From Auanema rhodensis (Eukaryota; Animalia; Nematoda), in the NCBI GenBank assembly GCA_964057225.1, contig OZ059899.1, forward strand, positions 13,144,001 through 13,208,000: a stretch of 64,000 nucleotides of DNA, given 5' to 3'. The notes under the pieces are model-generated. The model saw only the letters and a list, made by a program, of their open reading frames with translations, ran no database searches and was not told the DNA's origin. The translations under genes and the position numbers were made by a program. Positions 15,101-30,806 of the stretch are shown piece after piece (positions within the stretch are counted from its first letter, which is position 1; the number at the start of each line of letters is the position of its first letter).

Positions 15101-15747
15101 TTCGGAATTTAACATTCGTATATTACTATAGTGACCTCTGGGCATTTAAACCCGGAGGGGGGGGGTAGGCACATATATTCAGATATCAGCATAAAACTAT
15201 CGAAAAAAACACGAAGAACTTTCTTTAAAGCTGCAAGTTATAACAGGTTTGTATGGTGCAAGGCTAAATGCTCTGTAGTTATTCTATTTATAAGCTATGA
15301 AGAATATAATTGAAAGACAAACTTTAGTTGTAAAATCTTATAAATGATTCGAAAAATGATATTGTAAGCTTGAAAAATTATAAAAATATATGAAAACTGA
15401 TGTTAATATAGATAAATATCAAATGAATTATAATATTATATTATGCACAATAGTAAAAGAATTCTGAAAATCTTAAAAACATATTGAGATGAAAGTGAAG
15501 TATACTATGTAATTTGCTTTTTATTAGTAGTTTAGTATAAAATAGAATAATAAAATAAATATAATTGTTAACTGACTATATCATATAATTTTAGTTGATT
15601 TTAAAGATTTTTTTTTGGTAAATAAATGATATGTTATGGACTTATTGTAAACGATTCTTGTTACATCCTGTGAAAATGAAGTAAAAAAGACGTTTGAAAG
15701 GCAAAAATATTGAAATACTTGAAGATTACAGAAAGAGTAAGAGGGAC

Positions 15748-15813
<66 letters not shown>

Positions 15814-17386
15814 GGCCATACAGATGAAAGGTTAAAAAACATGAATAGAAAGAGAAAGAGAAAGAATGAAAAAGGGAATCAGTAGCTCATAGTATATGAT
15901 GTCAATGATGTTAGATATTGGTTCCTATTGTGACCAGAATAACATGATGTTTGATTCACTTTTTGGATATTTTTAAAGAAAAAAACTAATTATAAATAGA
16001 AATGAGTAATGTATATGAACTAAAGAACATAAAACCTCCTTGTCTTTTTCAAAGTTTATATACATATGTGAGAGGAGCATAAGTTGGAAAATGAGAAAAA
16101 AAATGGTTTTTTTGCTCTTTCTTCTGATGAAAGACTTCAACTAACTCCGAACTGGAAGCATGATAATCCATTTTTGCTCTTCAATTTTAGACATCAGATG
16201 GCATTCAATAATTAAATCAGTGTTGACTTGAGGTTCGAAGATGGAACCGAGATCGAGGTTGATGTCATCACATCGTATGCTATAATCTTATAAGAAGATA
16301 AACGATATTACATCATCATTTTGGAACGCAGATGAAACATATTCAGATATTCAAACTTGAACAACATCATGATTCCACTTCAACTTTCATAACTTCTAAC
16401 TCTATTCGTCATTCTTAACTCATTCGTGAGCAGACTTTTCTCGTTTACGTAATGATCTTGTGCCTTCTTTTGCAGCAGAATCAGCAGAAAATTTTAAAGT
16501 TGATCGCCAAGAGAATAAGAGGGAGAGAGAAGCAGGCATAGGGTGTAGGAGGGAGTAAGATTGGGTAAGAGGGAGTAAGAATGAGTAAGAAGAACTTTTT
16601 TTTTCTTTTCTTTCCATCCAGAATTGTACATCATGTTATATACCTTTAACAGAGCAATGTTCAGGATATTCAGCTATGACGAAGACGAAGAGCAAAGACA
16701 TGCTACTGATTCTGGACTTGTTAACATGGCTTGAAAGCAAATACCCACACATGCATGTATGATTATGGAAGTAAGCTTTATGTGATATTCTCATCTTAAA
16801 CTACAATATATATATGATTGATATGTATATACAATTGAAATTTTCAATTGTAAATGTCAATGGAAAGATTTGAATCAATCTATCAAAATCTTTTTTTTTT
16901 CTTTTCATTTTAGTGAAATAAAAAAAAAGAAAATGATATGTTTTCTATAAAAATCTTCAATTTTCTCTTTGATGACAAAGAAAAAAATGAAAATATTTTT
17001 GGTATAAAATGAATGAAAATAGACTACACATGTATTCTATATTAAATATTAATGTGACATTAAAAATAGCTGAAGTGCTTTGGACTTCCAATAGGAAAAA
17101 GTTACTCCAGGCTTAACGGATTACAAGTAAGCTTTTGCAATTAAGCTTGGCCAACATTCTTCGTTATTAATAGCAAAAATCAGAAATATTGGATCAGATG
17201 CAACTATAAATGTCAAGAAAATGTAGATGAAAACTACATATGTAGATTGAAAGTATGAACAGAAATACATATGTGAGCTAAAGATAGCATTGACAAGTGA
17301 TAACTGACAAGGCTCATACTGAAATTCAGCTTTTGATGTTAGATCAATGATATGGTCAAGAGAGAGAGAGAAAGAGAGAGAGAGAG

Positions 17387-17425
<39 letters not shown>

Positions 17426-18591
17426 GAGAGAGAGAGTGAGGAGGAGGTACAGCTGCAAACTGAAGTAAATACAAAGACAATCCCAAATGAAAGTTTGGAG
17501 ATTTTATGAAAAATTGTTGAAGAACTAGTGAAGAGTAACGCTGATTGTCTATTAACTATGCTAAAGTTATAAATGTATATTATATGTTTTTGAAATAGAA
17601 TATAACTTCCGGAAAGAAAATTATTTTTTTCATCTGAGTATTTCCTTGTTTGAAAATGAAAATAGGAGCAATCTTGATTGCTAACAATCTCTTTAACATG
17701 AAGCTCATGCTGTACTATTCGCAACAACATGAAGACTTTGCTCAAAGTTTGTTTCCACATTTTGATAAAGACTGAGAGAGAGAGAGAGAAAGAAAGAGGG
17801 AGAGACAGGCGTTACAAGAAATGGATTAGGGATTCTTCTCTCTCATTGCCTCTCTCTTTTTTTCTATTTTTTTCCAAATAAATGATGTGAATTGCCCTTG
17901 AAGTCATGAAACATTTTAAGATGTCGGAAGAAGAAGGAGAAGATGAAGAAGAGGATGATCATCATCATCATAGGACTCCAAAAAGCGATCTGTAGAGCTA
18001 CTGTTAAGCTTCACAACATTTCATTAGACTTGACGACAATTGAAATCATATTGTGAATTGTTATTTCAGACTTTTCTGATTAAATAGATGAATATAAACT
18101 ATAACATATAGTAAAATAATTTGAAAATTAAAAGAAAGAAGGGAAATGTTGTGAAAAAAAGTTTTATGAGAAGTTTGTACAAGCTGGAATTGAGCATATA
18201 AAACAAACTTCATACTTTATATGTATCATACATATTTAAACCAAATGATATTATATGAATAATATCAAATTAATATTAAGATCAAATGCCATTGAAGAAG
18301 AGAAATATGAAAGAGAATTGAAAATAAATCGAATAGCTTAAGAGAAAGTTCAAGTAATTTCACGAAGAAAATAGAAATGGTCAGTGAACGAAGATGAAGT
18401 TGATCGCAATAATAGAAACTGGAGCCGAATCTCCCAAACAAGAAAAGAAGTACTGATAGGGCAGATAGAAGGCAATGAAACCTCGTTGCTGTGGTAGATG
18501 AGACGTGCAAAAAGGGGAATGAGAGTAGGAAGGGAAGCCCAGCTCAGACCGCCATGCAAGACGAAAGAGCATGTGAAGCTCAAATGGATAC

Positions 18592-18647
18592 CGAAGGGCG
18601 CCTGCCAGACAATGCGGCTGCTGCTGCTGCTGCTTCTGATGATGATA

Positions 18648-18694
<47 letters not shown>

Positions 18695-18738
18695 GCTGTT
18701 GACGAAATCGTCGACGACATGGCAGGGATGGCCACCAT
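18592..18738 (-). CDS. Probable alternative first exon (poly-Ser/poly-Ala, ends GRRPS), phase 0
   Basis: CCCAG acceptor 2 nt before ATG 18738; 49 codons MVAIPAMSSTISSTAP(S)n..EAAAAAAALSGRRPS; GTATCC donor. Splicing to the 9468 exon is in frame and creates RRPSF. Confidence 0.5.
18616..18691 (+). repeat. (GCT)n-(GAT)n trinucleotide repeats, encoding poly-Ala/poly-Ser on the minus strand
   Basis: Directly visible; lies inside the candidate exon 18592-18738. Confidence 0.85.
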
Positions 18739-19087
18739 GTCTGGGTGTGTTATATGTATGTATGAACGAATGAATGTATGTATGTACATACATATTGAGT
18801 TTAGAAATCAAGAATGAACAACATTGGTGTCGTTATAAAGCAAATTACATATCTGTGATGATATAGAAGGTTAACTATATGGAATGAAATGAAACAGATG
18901 ATGATGATGATGATGTTGGAGTAAGGAATAGAGAGTAAAGCTGTTGAATGATGTTAGAATATCGAAAAGAATGGTTTAGAAGAACATAATGGCATCATTG
19001 TTCAATCGACATATGCTCAGTTCATCTGTGAATTCCATCTATTTCAGAAAATGGCTGACGTGCACAGTGAGTAAGGAAAGCCATGAA

Positions 19088-19135
<48 letters not shown>

Positions 19136-20313
19136 ATTTTGGGAAACAACGAATGTCAACGATATAATGAGAATGAATAAAGAAAGTGAGAAGACAAATG
19201 GTTTTCAGAATCGATGAATGCAACCAGTCTCTATTTGCTTTTCATATGAAATGAGTTTGACTTGGAAATCCGAGTAACTTCATGCCATTTTTATTTATTT
19301 CACGTAAAACGTGAAACATCATTGACGTCATAATATTCAAATTTGAAAAACTATGAAGTTAAAATATAAAATTTTTTTGTTTTTTTTCAATTTTTTTTAT
19401 AATATTCAAATATATTATATATATTATACATATATGTATGTATATATTGATATCTTCAAGAAATTGGAACATTTTTTCTTCTAAGCAGAATATATGGGTT
19501 CAATTTGATGAAGGATAACTCCAAATTCTTTTAAAAGTTGTTAAAATCGAGTAAAAGAGAGAACAGGCAGGATACAAGAGATGGAAAAAAGTGGGAAGAG
19601 CAGTAAAAAGAGACAGAAATAGAGAGAGAGAAAGGGAGAGAGAGAGGGAGAGAGAGAATATTCTCAAAAAGAAAAATCTGACAAAAATTAAATATTAATA
19701 TTGAAAACTGATTCAGCTTGACTACATTGTGCCCATTGTGAGGGTAAGCGATTGAGCAGACAGTGTATGTGTATGTGTGTATATGCAGTTGAAAAATTAA
19801 AACTGAATATAATATTAATAAGTAAATATAAATTACATATAGTTAAATATTCTTAAATAATAAAATAGACAATAATAGATTTAGATAGATGATATAATCT
19901 TAAAATGATGTTGAATCAAGAATTTACAAGTCAAAAGTAGACGTGATGATGTTCGATTCATGCTCGATGAACACCATAGAAGCAGGAGAAGGAGCAGAGA
20001 ACAATAAAAACATACATAACTATGTGAATAGTAAATACATATATAGGATTGGAATAAGAAATCATAACTGATTGTTGGGAGATTGAAAAATAAATTTTCT
20101 CAAATTGTTATCTTACATATGCATTTCCTTATATATTTAACTATATATATATAAATAGATAAAACGATATAGAATGTACTTCGAAAATGATGTTTTTTTC
20201 TTTTTTTTTCTGTTAATTTCTCAAATATTTCCTTTTCATTTCATTTCATTCAAGCTCACAATGATGATGATATTGATGATTTTGAAGACTGAAAAGCGAA
20301 TTAAGGTAGAATA

Positions 20314-20384
<71 letters not shown>

Positions 20385-22034
20385 CGGTTTGTATTTACTA
20401 TGCTATACTATATGTAGGTATAGATTAATTCTTTTAATTTCAGATCATGAACTCAAAGAAAACTTTTTTTTTTCCTATAACGTGAAAATTTTCTCATCAA
20501 TATTCTTTGGGAAAATGCATATAAGGTAACGAAATCATATTTCAAGTTTCAAATCTTGTCGTCATTTGCAAAATTTCCTTGTTAAGTTAGGAAGAAATTC
20601 TTTTTCTTGCCTCTCTCCTACTTTCTCTCTCTCTCTCTATTTCATCTACTGATATTCATGAGAAATAGAGGGAACACTGAGAATATAGATAGATTTCAAA
20701 GATTTTTTTTCTGAATTTGTATATTCAAGCCCATATTCAGATATCAATGTGAACAAACCTTATGTATCTAGTTTGACGGATAATACAATTTTAGTTTTTG
20801 GGTAAACCTTTACGTTCTCTCATTATTCCATTAATTCGTATTCCTTCCTCTCCCTCTCTCTCTGTCTCTCTGGCTTTTTTTACTATTTAAGAGCAATTTC
20901 TATACAAAATGGTAATTGACTAAGTATAAATGATTAAAAAACAGCAAAAAGCTTAAAAGATTCGTTTGAACTTTGAAATCAAGAACAAGGATCTGAAAGC
21001 TCTTTCTAGTCATGTAATTAAACAAATTTATATAAATTACATTAATATTTGAATTAAATCTTCTTTTTTTTTGGATTAAAATATATACATATATACATAT
21101 ATATGTTATAAATTATCAGTTAGTTAGTATTTTTTTATAAAAATTAACAAAAAAAAATTCATTTCCATGTGGTTAACTAGCTAATCCACATTTTCAGTTT
21201 TTTGCTCAGTAGTAATGATACTTGAACAGAGTTTTTCAGTTGGAAATAGATGAATGATCTTGAATGATCTCGATATTTTGGGTCTTTAAACCCTTCGAAG
21301 AAATCGGAAATAGACTATTAAGCTCAATTATAGAAATACCGAAGTTAGAATGATGAAAAGAAGGAAGGTAAAGTGGCGGATTTTAAGTTTTGAACAAGTA
21401 TATCCAGCAATTTTTTTCTTTTTAGCAAAAAAAAAAGAACAAGAAAGATTCGAGTAAACAAATAACTTTTTTTTTTGAAGAAAAAAGTAAAAAGAGATAG
21501 ATAAAGAGTGAAATAAGGAAATATAAAGAGAATTGACGAAAAGAGATATAGAGAGAGAGATATATGTACGTATATAGAAGGAAAGAGAAAAAGAGAGATC
21601 TGCTTACTCTCAAACAAAGAAAAAGATAAAATTTGAAATTCACATATTACTTTATCGGAAAATATAAAAAAAATAAAATAAATGTCACAATATTCTACTG
21701 AAACTCTAGAAAGTCGACTAAAATAATTTTCTCTTGTTTTGTAAAAAGTTTGGCCGTTTGACTTTCTTGAAGAAAACGAAAAACTGAACGAAATGTATGA
21801 GATGCGAAAGAAATGCTCCTGCCATATCGTTCAGAAACAACTCATTATGATTTTATAATTTTTTTTCATGAAAATATAATGAAATATGCTTCGTTTTTTG
21901 AAGAAAATCCATTAAAATTTGGAGAGAAAATTTGCAATAAATTCATAAAGAATTTGAAAAAGTATGTGATGTAGATAGAGCAATAGAGGGATACTAATGG
22001 TCATAAAGATATACATATCTATATATAAAGAGAT

Positions 22035-22114
<80 letters not shown>

Positions 22115-22483
22115 CTGTAGATAGTAAGGAATAAAGAAAAGGCAATAGAGGAAACAAAATAATTAAATTATATAACTAAGAAGATTTTGTTAAAAAAACA
22201 ATTGAAATAGAAAATGAAATGTTGTTTGGAAGATGGACACATATAGATATATGATGAAGTAATATGGAAGAGATACATGATAAGACTGAGATTCTTCACA
22301 TACATTGAGAGCAAATGAAGGATTTCTTATAATATTCTATAATAAGTTATGAATAAAATATTAATATATATAGATTTGAAGATATAGTTATATTAATTAA
22401 AGAATACTATCATTAATACATTAAATAATGCGGGAAAATATGTTTAAATTTGAATAATTATGTTCTTTTTCAGAAAAAAGAAA

Positions 22484-22554
<71 letters not shown>

Positions 22555-22996
22555 GAATGAAAAGAAGAGACATCCATATGTGTGTGTGTTCATATAAAAT
22601 TAAAAAAAGAAAAAGAGGAAAGAGAGAACTAATAGGTTGAAATGCATAGTTGTACATCTATCTGAACAACTCAACTATGCTCAGTACAAACTTAAAACTT
22701 GAGCATATTTTATGAGAAAAACAACAGCTTCACCTATATTTCAAGTTAAGGGTAATACCCAATTTAGTGATAGCATGCAGAACGGCAAGCTTCTTCATGT
22801 GCACATCAAACGATGAGAAGAAAAATTGGAAATTTTTTAAACCGAAAATAAGCAAAAATATGCGGAAAAGAAGGCTAAAAGAAAAAGTTTTAGTGAACTA
22901 AAACTTGAAAATAACAGCTTGCCAGCTATTTGAAAATATTTGTTTGTTGTTGAATAGAAAGAAATAATATAATAAGCATAATATAAACTGACATAC

Positions 22997-23145
22997 CTTA
23001 AGATCTAAGTCTGTGCAACTATTATACATACTTTCCATGGACATGCTGGACTTGAGACTGTCATGATGGACAGCATTCCAGAGAAGTTGACGTTCACTGG
23101 CAGTCATAGGTGAGGCTGATGACTGACAACGGATTGACGGCGAAC
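22997..23145 (-). CDS. Internal exon of the long N-terminal isoform
   Basis: CATAG acceptor, AAG|GTATGT donor, open frame (G)SPSIRCQSSASPMTASERQLLWNAVHHDSLKSSMSMESMYNSCTDLDLK. Phase 1 in matches the 25077 exon; phase 0 out matches the 9468 exon. Confidence 0.7.
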
Positions 23146-25076
23146 CTATGACATGTGAATTGAAAAAGATTTATTGAGAGATGAAGTATAGAAGGGAGAA
23201 AGAATATTTGTGAACGTATAGATTGTATGGAAGAAGAGAATCGAAAGATGAAAGCTGATTCAAAATGACATCATTTTGAGGTTAGTAGAACATGCGGCAG
23301 ATAGGTTGGTTGTAAGGTTATGTCGTATTGGCACGTTGATGCAGTAGCTACAAGCCGAGGGTAAGCAAGCGAAGTTTCAAAGGTTTGAATTAACACAAAC
23401 ACTTCCTTCAAATGGAATATTTGAAGGATTTCAAGAGCGACGACACGAGAGAATTCGAACGATTCTCCAACTACAAGAGTAGGAGTAAAAGCAGATGAAT
23501 GAATATGAAGTACTTGATGTTTTCATGTTGTTTAGAAGAGAAAAACAAATAAAACAAACCTAAGGCATTATTGTGAGCTGCTGTTTTCATGTTGACTACA
23601 GTCGAGAAAGACAGTTTACGTGGCGGAAGAAGACGTGACGGTGAACATGGAAGTGCAACTGAAATCACAGATACAGTATTGAATTGAATAGAAAAAATAT
23701 ATTGTTCATGTTTCAAGTTCAAGTTTGAACCTATAACATAGAGATGAAGTGGAAGAAACTTGGTTTGGTTCACTATTTTTGGCTAGCTCTACGGCTAGAC
23801 TCATGTTGAAGCTTGTGAGTTTCGACATAACCATGCTAGCAGTCTGAACTAGAGGGAGTGAAATTCGACTGAAGCATAGCTATTCTTTGATTTAGAAGTT
23901 CAAAATTCATGTATATGCATAGGTCAGAGAAAGAAAATTAGCTAGAAAATGGAAAAAAGCCGTTTTCCATGGAAAGAAATGAAGAAAACACTAACACGAG
24001 AAGCTTCATATCAATACCTTAAAGTGCTTATACAAGATGTTAGATTAGCAAACGCCTCCCAGCTGCTTTTCTCTTTCTATCCTTTTCTCTGTCTCTTTCT
24101 CTCTCTCTCTATTCCTTTCTCTCTCTATTTCTCTTTAATTTATATAATATAGTAAATAATAAATATGATAATGATTCATAACAGTTGAAAAAAAAAATGT
24201 TTGAACTATTCATTGAAATTCTTTCATCATTACATCTCACTTTTATTTCCTTTTATAGTAATTATCATTTATATTATGAATAATATGATAATTAAGTTTT
24301 TAATGTTTGTAAGCTCTAAGAGAGCTCAGAATATTTTGGAATTTTCTTTCCTAAATAAGCTTTTCATGTTATAGATCTATCTATTCTATGTAATGAACAT
24401 GTATCAAGATAGAGATAGATAGATAGACTCATTGATCTGATCCATTTTTTGAAATTTCAATTGGTCACACAAAGAAAATTTCAAAAATAGCAACGTGGAT
24501 ATAATCAAACTTTTTGAATTAAAAAAAAAAGTTTTTATAGAATTTAGAAAAGAGAAAACGAATCAAACGTTAAGTGACCTTTAGAGAGAGAGAGAGAGAG
24601 GAGGGGGTTAAAGAGAGAGAGAGAGAGGAAATTAATTAATTTTTAATTTAAAAAAAAGTTGATTTTCATCAGAATACGAGTAAGAAACAACTGTCAAAAC
24701 AATGCAACAGATATTTTAAGAAAAATCAGTTGAAAGAGGAATTTATTTTTGGAAAATAATCGGAAAAAGTAAGAAATACATGTATGTTCATACTAAGCTC
24801 AAAACATGTCTTGCTTACTTGTAAGAATAACCAAATGTACCTTTGAGATAGATCTCTCTCGGTTGGTTGCTTTTTCTCTTATTCTCTTCTATTCTTTTAC
24901 TCTTTCTCTCCCTTCTTTTCTCTCTTTCTCTCTTTCTTTCTTTCTCTCTCTATCTCTCTCTTTTCCTCTCTTCCTCTATCTCTCTTTGTTATCAAACAGT
25001 TGTATGTGTTTATTTTTCTTTTATTTAAGGAAAAAACAGAAATACTAGCTGAAATTTGGGATTAATTTCAACTCAC

Positions 25077-25177
25077 CGCTTGGACTGAGTGGCCTCTCTA
25101 TAGCTCCACCTGATTCGATCACACGTGCAGATGTTTTCTTGGCGAGATCGTCTAACGGAGGACTATCCGAATTCGAG
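25077..25177 (-). CDS. Internal exon of the long N-terminal isoform
   Basis: GTTTCAG acceptor, G|GTGAGT donor, GC-rich open frame SNSDSPPLDDLAKKTSARVIESGGAIERPLSPS; phase 2 in, phase 1 out. Confidence 0.7.
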
Positions 25178-25544
25178 CTGAAACAATCGACATATCAAGA
25201 AAAATGCTGGAAAAATGCTGGAAGAAAAAAAATTTTTTTTTCAAAATAAAATCATAAGGATTGACGCGCAATTGGCTGTTGTGTTTTTCGTTGTTGTCAA
25301 AAAGGAAGAAAAAGCTTCTGAGTTACGTAGAAAGGTATGAGATGCAGGTCTTACAGAAGATAAGATTATCGGTTAGTGATTGAACAACTTTCAAAGAAAG
25401 AATTGGAGAAGGGCAAAGTGAGGATAGACAGAGAGAGAGGAAACATCAAGAGAGTTTTTGAATTCATGAGGAGATTTTATAGAAAGAGAGACATCAGAAT
25501 TAAAAATAAGAAAGTGAAAGATAGAGAGAGAAAGACAGAGAGAG

Positions 25545-25578
<34 letters not shown>

Positions 25579-25902
25579 GGGATAAGGACGAAGAATAAAG
25601 AGAAGAGGGAAGAATTAAGCAATGAGATAATGAAATATAGAAAGAAAAAAGAGAGAAGATAATGATAGAAGAAGAAGAAGCCAATATCACTGGCAATGGA
25701 TACGCAATAGATTGATGAGATGGAAAAACAGAAAAAAATGAAAAATTTAAAGAAACTTCTTAACTTCTGTGTTGTCATCATTAAAACTTTTTTTTCTTAT
25801 CTTTTGAATTTAAGTTTGCTTCTGCTGTTCATTCAATAATATTCGTTTTTTCCTGAGGAAAAGTTGGTTAGGATGAAGATTCAATCTGTACTTCTCTTCT
25901 AA

Positions 25903-25964
<62 letters not shown>

Positions 25965-26626
25965 GTCTCTCACATTTCCTCTATTTCTCTCTATTTCCTT
26001 ATACACATAACATACATAGTATATCGCCTCCATTCTCTATATCTTTTATGATCTTTGTCAACATAAATAATTTTTTTTTCAAATATACGTTGCAACAACA
26101 AAAGAAAAAAATTTCTTTTTTATTCTTTTTCAAATACTTTTATATAGCTAATGAGTGATTAGATTGGAAACAATGTGTTAAACAAGACAACTGAAGAAAA
26201 TAGGCTTGAAGAGGTAAAAAAAAAGAATTTTTTTGCTTAAAAAAAACGAAAAAAAGAAGAAAAAAAAGTTTTTTTTCCGTCTAAATATTTGCAGAAATAG
26301 ATTAACTAGAATTTCATTGTTCAATATAAAATATTTGATTCTACTCTGAACTATAATACATTTAGTTGGACTGAGTGAGAAATGAAATATTGGAATATAC
26401 AATTGGAACAGCTGATGATCAGAATAGAAAAACTAAATCATACTTTGGAGTATATGTTGCCAAAAAGGAATTAAAGTTTTTTCATAAAATGAAGATATTG
26501 TATGAAATTAGAACGACTACTCAATCTATGGTGAAATGGTGAAATGAAAAAATAAAAAGAGGAAAAAGAATAGTGAAGACATGAGGTGTTTAGAGGACTA
26601 TTTTAGAGAGTTTTGAGGATATGAAA

Positions 26627-26676
<50 letters not shown>

Positions 26677-26751
26677 TCTGCAAGGTTCATGCATAAGAGC
26701 GAGAACAAAATCTCTTTCAAACCATCTTTCCCCCCCCCCCTCCCTTCTCTT

Positions 26752-26787
<36 letters not shown>

Positions 26788-27164
26788 TCTTGCTCTCTCT
26801 TTTTTCCGCAAATGCTATCGTGAGACAACCTGCTGAGCAATTCTGGGTAACAAAGTGAATATTGTTCTTCAGATTTTAATAATCATCATCAAAATTTTAA
26901 AAATTTATATAAAATTAATTTTTAATTCAATATAAATATAATTTAGTCTTTGATTTGCATAAACTATCAGGTTACTTGAAGAAGTAAAACTCATTTCTGC
27001 TTCATTACTCCTCTTGAACGGTTGTCTACCATTTCATTCTCTCGTTCGTCTTTCACTCTTATTCTCTGATAATCTTTCAGTCTCTCTCTCTCTCTCTCGT
27101 ATACGTATACCTCTATCTATCTGCACCTCCTCCTCCTCCTCCTCTGTATCCTTTTCTGACCCGC

Positions 27165-27217
<53 letters not shown>

Positions 27218-27922
27218 TCTTTTATTTTTTGTTCGTTACCTTATAAACTGTTTCCCTATTTCATGTTTTTTTCTCAAACTCTTCCAACATTTCTTATATT
27301 AAACATTTAAAATATCTAGAATATAAGTATAAACTCTATTGAAAACCTAAAGCTATTCTTTGAATAGATTGTCATAGCTGTTCCAAATCGAACAACTTGT
27401 ATGGCAGAAAGTCAAAATAAAGTCAAACTAGTTAATATTTCCTTTTAGTTATGAAATAGTTGAAGCATGAAATAAACATTTCACCTTATTCTAGGGCATA
27501 AGATGGAATTGTATTCTTCTCATATGAGTATCTCAAACTCTTAATTTCATCTATTAGCTGTGTATGGGGTTGGGTGTGATGTATTATAGATTTATACTCA
27601 ATGCAGGCTTTCAGATTAGTTCGAGCATGTGAGAGAGAAAGAGAGAGAGAGATGAAGCATGTATGTATGTGGATATAGGTAGATAGGATGATTTTTCAAG
27701 TTAAATTTCTGACGATATTTCTTCAAAATCACAATTTAGTAAGAATTTCAGTCAGTTTGAATGTCATTTGATTTGCACAAGATCACAATTCCAAAGATGA
27801 AATGAAAGAGAACAAGCGACTTCTGTTCTTCATCAACAGAGAAACATCCATCATACCATGTCAATGATGTGTGTACCATATGAACAACTCTAACAAGGTA
27901 GAAAGAAGAAGGATGTATAGAT

Positions 27923-28047
<125 letters not shown>

Positions 28048-28746
28048 CTTATAACCAAAAGATTAATCAAATAACTCCGATTTGATTAATACAATGTGAT
28101 ATAGTTAAGAGATAATACCTTATATTAATAAAATAACAAAAAACACGTGAACAATTGCATATTCGATCGCGATATCTAAGTCAAAATCCGGGTTTTTTTT
28201 TCCAAAAATGGTTCAAAGATGAAAAAATAATTTTTTTCTTCTTCATAAGTTAAAAAAAAAATAATTTGAGAGACGACATGAGGATTAGATAGCAATATAG
28301 AAATAAAAGAATTTTTTTTCAAAAATGAATATATTTCATGTTGTTTAACAACCGTAAAACTTAAATTTTCACGAAAATGTTTGAGAGAATACGAAGTTGG
28401 CATGTTGAATGTGTCAGAAGTACAGATGCGAACAATGGGATCGCTCTTGTTGTTAATGGACTTAAAACTTGAAAATCAAACTTGCTGATATTCTTTTGAA
28501 TCTGCATTGACATTTCAGGTTTAAGCAGTAGCATAGATAATACAACAATTCAGGTAAGAAATGTATAGCAAAAAGCGGAAAAAATGATGAAAAGAGCAAC
28601 AACTTTGGCAGAAAATTTGTTAAGAAAATGTAAAAAACTGAGCAAGTTAGGCGAATAAACGAAACAACTCCAAGAATATTTCCTGTTTACAAGAAACTTA
28701 ATAAGAGGGTTTGTATGGTAACTCAGACACCTGAGCGAGAGAGATT

Positions 28747-28811
<65 letters not shown>

Positions 28812-30400
28812 CCATAGACCATAGAGACAGATAGATGAACAAAGGTGAGTGGATAAAGAGAATGAAGACGACGATAGAATAGAATGAACGAGTTGACAAA
28901 CTGATTTAGTATTTTACTTAAAGTTTGTAAATATTCTAGATAATTAGTAGAGACATAGAATGAAACTTCAGAGGACAAAAGGAAACTAAGAGAGAGAGAT
29001 AGAGAGAGAGAGAGAAATAGAGGAAGAGGGAGAGAAAGATGGAGAGAGAGGGAGGGAGGGAGAAGGGAAGTGAGTACACGGGGTTGAGAGAGAAATATAA
29101 AGAGAGATTGATTTGAAATAACTATAATTCTAAGATATACCTTCTATATTTTGAAAGAAGATGTTGTCAATTTACTGAAATAAGCTTCATGCTTTGGTGG
29201 TGCGAATGGCTGATAAAGCATTAAACAAAATTTTTTCAGTTCAAACAGACAAAAAAATGTAAAAAATTGGATTTTGGCCATCCGAAAGACGGTTTTCTCA
29301 TGATGAAACGTGGGACGTTAAAGCATGGAAAGGAGGGAGATTAAGCTAAAAACTATGAGACAAGATAATGGACTAAACGATTGGTTTTAGAAGGAAGACC
29401 GGACGAGCTGAACGCAAATGAAGGTTTTACAGATTAATTTGGTTGTAATTTCATGAATAATTAGTTCAAATCTTGATTTTAAGAATAACAAATTCATAAA
29501 AACAGAAGAAATGCTGATGTTGTTGAGGTAAAGAGATGTACAGCATCCAGCATACAGCTTACATCATCCAAGATATAGCGTACAACAAGCATATCAAGCA
29601 AGCATTGTTAGCAAATGAAATTAAAAAAAAAAAATTTTTTTGTCAAAAAACATGAAATGAAAATGCTTGTAAAACTACATATTCGAGGAGAAAAACATTG
29701 AAAACGTTTGAGAGGACGCATGAACTGACCTGGCTTTCCAAATTACACTAGATTTCAGCTGGTTTTGTTCGTCATCATTGTGTGAACATAGAAGCACGGG
29801 ATAATGTGAGACCTAAATGAGTTAAAACTCTTGAAAGCTATAAAAGGAAGTGAAAATGCTAACTATGTGTGAAACAAATGGACGACAAAATGAACAGTTG
29901 GAATAGAAATGAGACGTTGATACTTTAACGAAACACAAAAAAAAAGAAAAAAAATGAAATGTATGTGAGTGAGGGAGAGAGTAAGTGTGTATGAGTGATA
30001 AAGAAAGAAAGAGAGAGAGTGAGAGAGAAAGAGAGAGAGAGAGAGGGGGAGAGGTTGACGTAGATTACAAGAACGTAAAGGAGAAGAACATAAAGAGGAA
30101 AAAGGTAAAACAGAGAGGGTAAGTGAGGGAGAGAAAACTAATAAACGTACTTCCTAACTAATTGTTTGAAACAAAAAAAGCGTGAAAAGTGCTATAAAAG
30201 TTCTGAGAAAAAAAAAGAAAATAAAAAAATAGATGAAATATAATTATTAAGATACGAAAAATTATAGAAATATGGTTAAAATCTGAGAAATAAATTGAAA
30301 TTGAAATATGATAGATGATGACCATGAAGTTGTACTAATGATCAAAGTAATCTGGACAAACCTTTAAGCTCACATGTATGTATGTATATATGTAACTTAC

Positions 30401-30501
30401 ATGACGTTACAGTCAATTTGCTCTGAAGACGATGCTATAGACGAAGATGTACAGCTGATAATAAGCTGATGTTGATCATCATGCTGATACTGATGTAGAT
30501 G
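30401..30501 (-). CDS. Candidate internal exon linking the 30.8 kb and 25.1 kb exons
   Basis: Strong GTAAGT donor in the required phase 2; open frame HLHQYQHDDQHQLIISCTSSSIASSSEQIDCNV. Acceptor position (CTTCAG) is uncertain because several CAGs are in frame. Confidence 0.4.
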
Positions 30502-30806
30502 CTGAAGCTGCTGATGATGGCGAAAATGAAGAGCAAGAGCAAGAAGAAGAAGAATTAGAAGAAGAAGAAGAGGAAGAAGAGGAAGCAGATGTCCCAAACA
30601 ACATATACAAACATATAAAATAGATTTGTGATATACATGTACATACATACATACATACATACATCTATTGGTGCAAGTTAAGAAGAAGATGATCATTAGC
30701 ACATCACATATACTACTATCAAACACCTTTTACTCACTAAACATGCTCAAGTTTTAAGGTTGTACATACACGTATACGTGAATAATTCTTATATTTTTAG
30801 AATTAC

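Noticed and set aside
18491-18817. Plus-strand ORF with poly-Ala/poly-Asp
   Set aside because: Better explained as the antisense reading of the minus-strand poly-Ser exon and its trinucleotide repeat; starts at GTG with no splice context.
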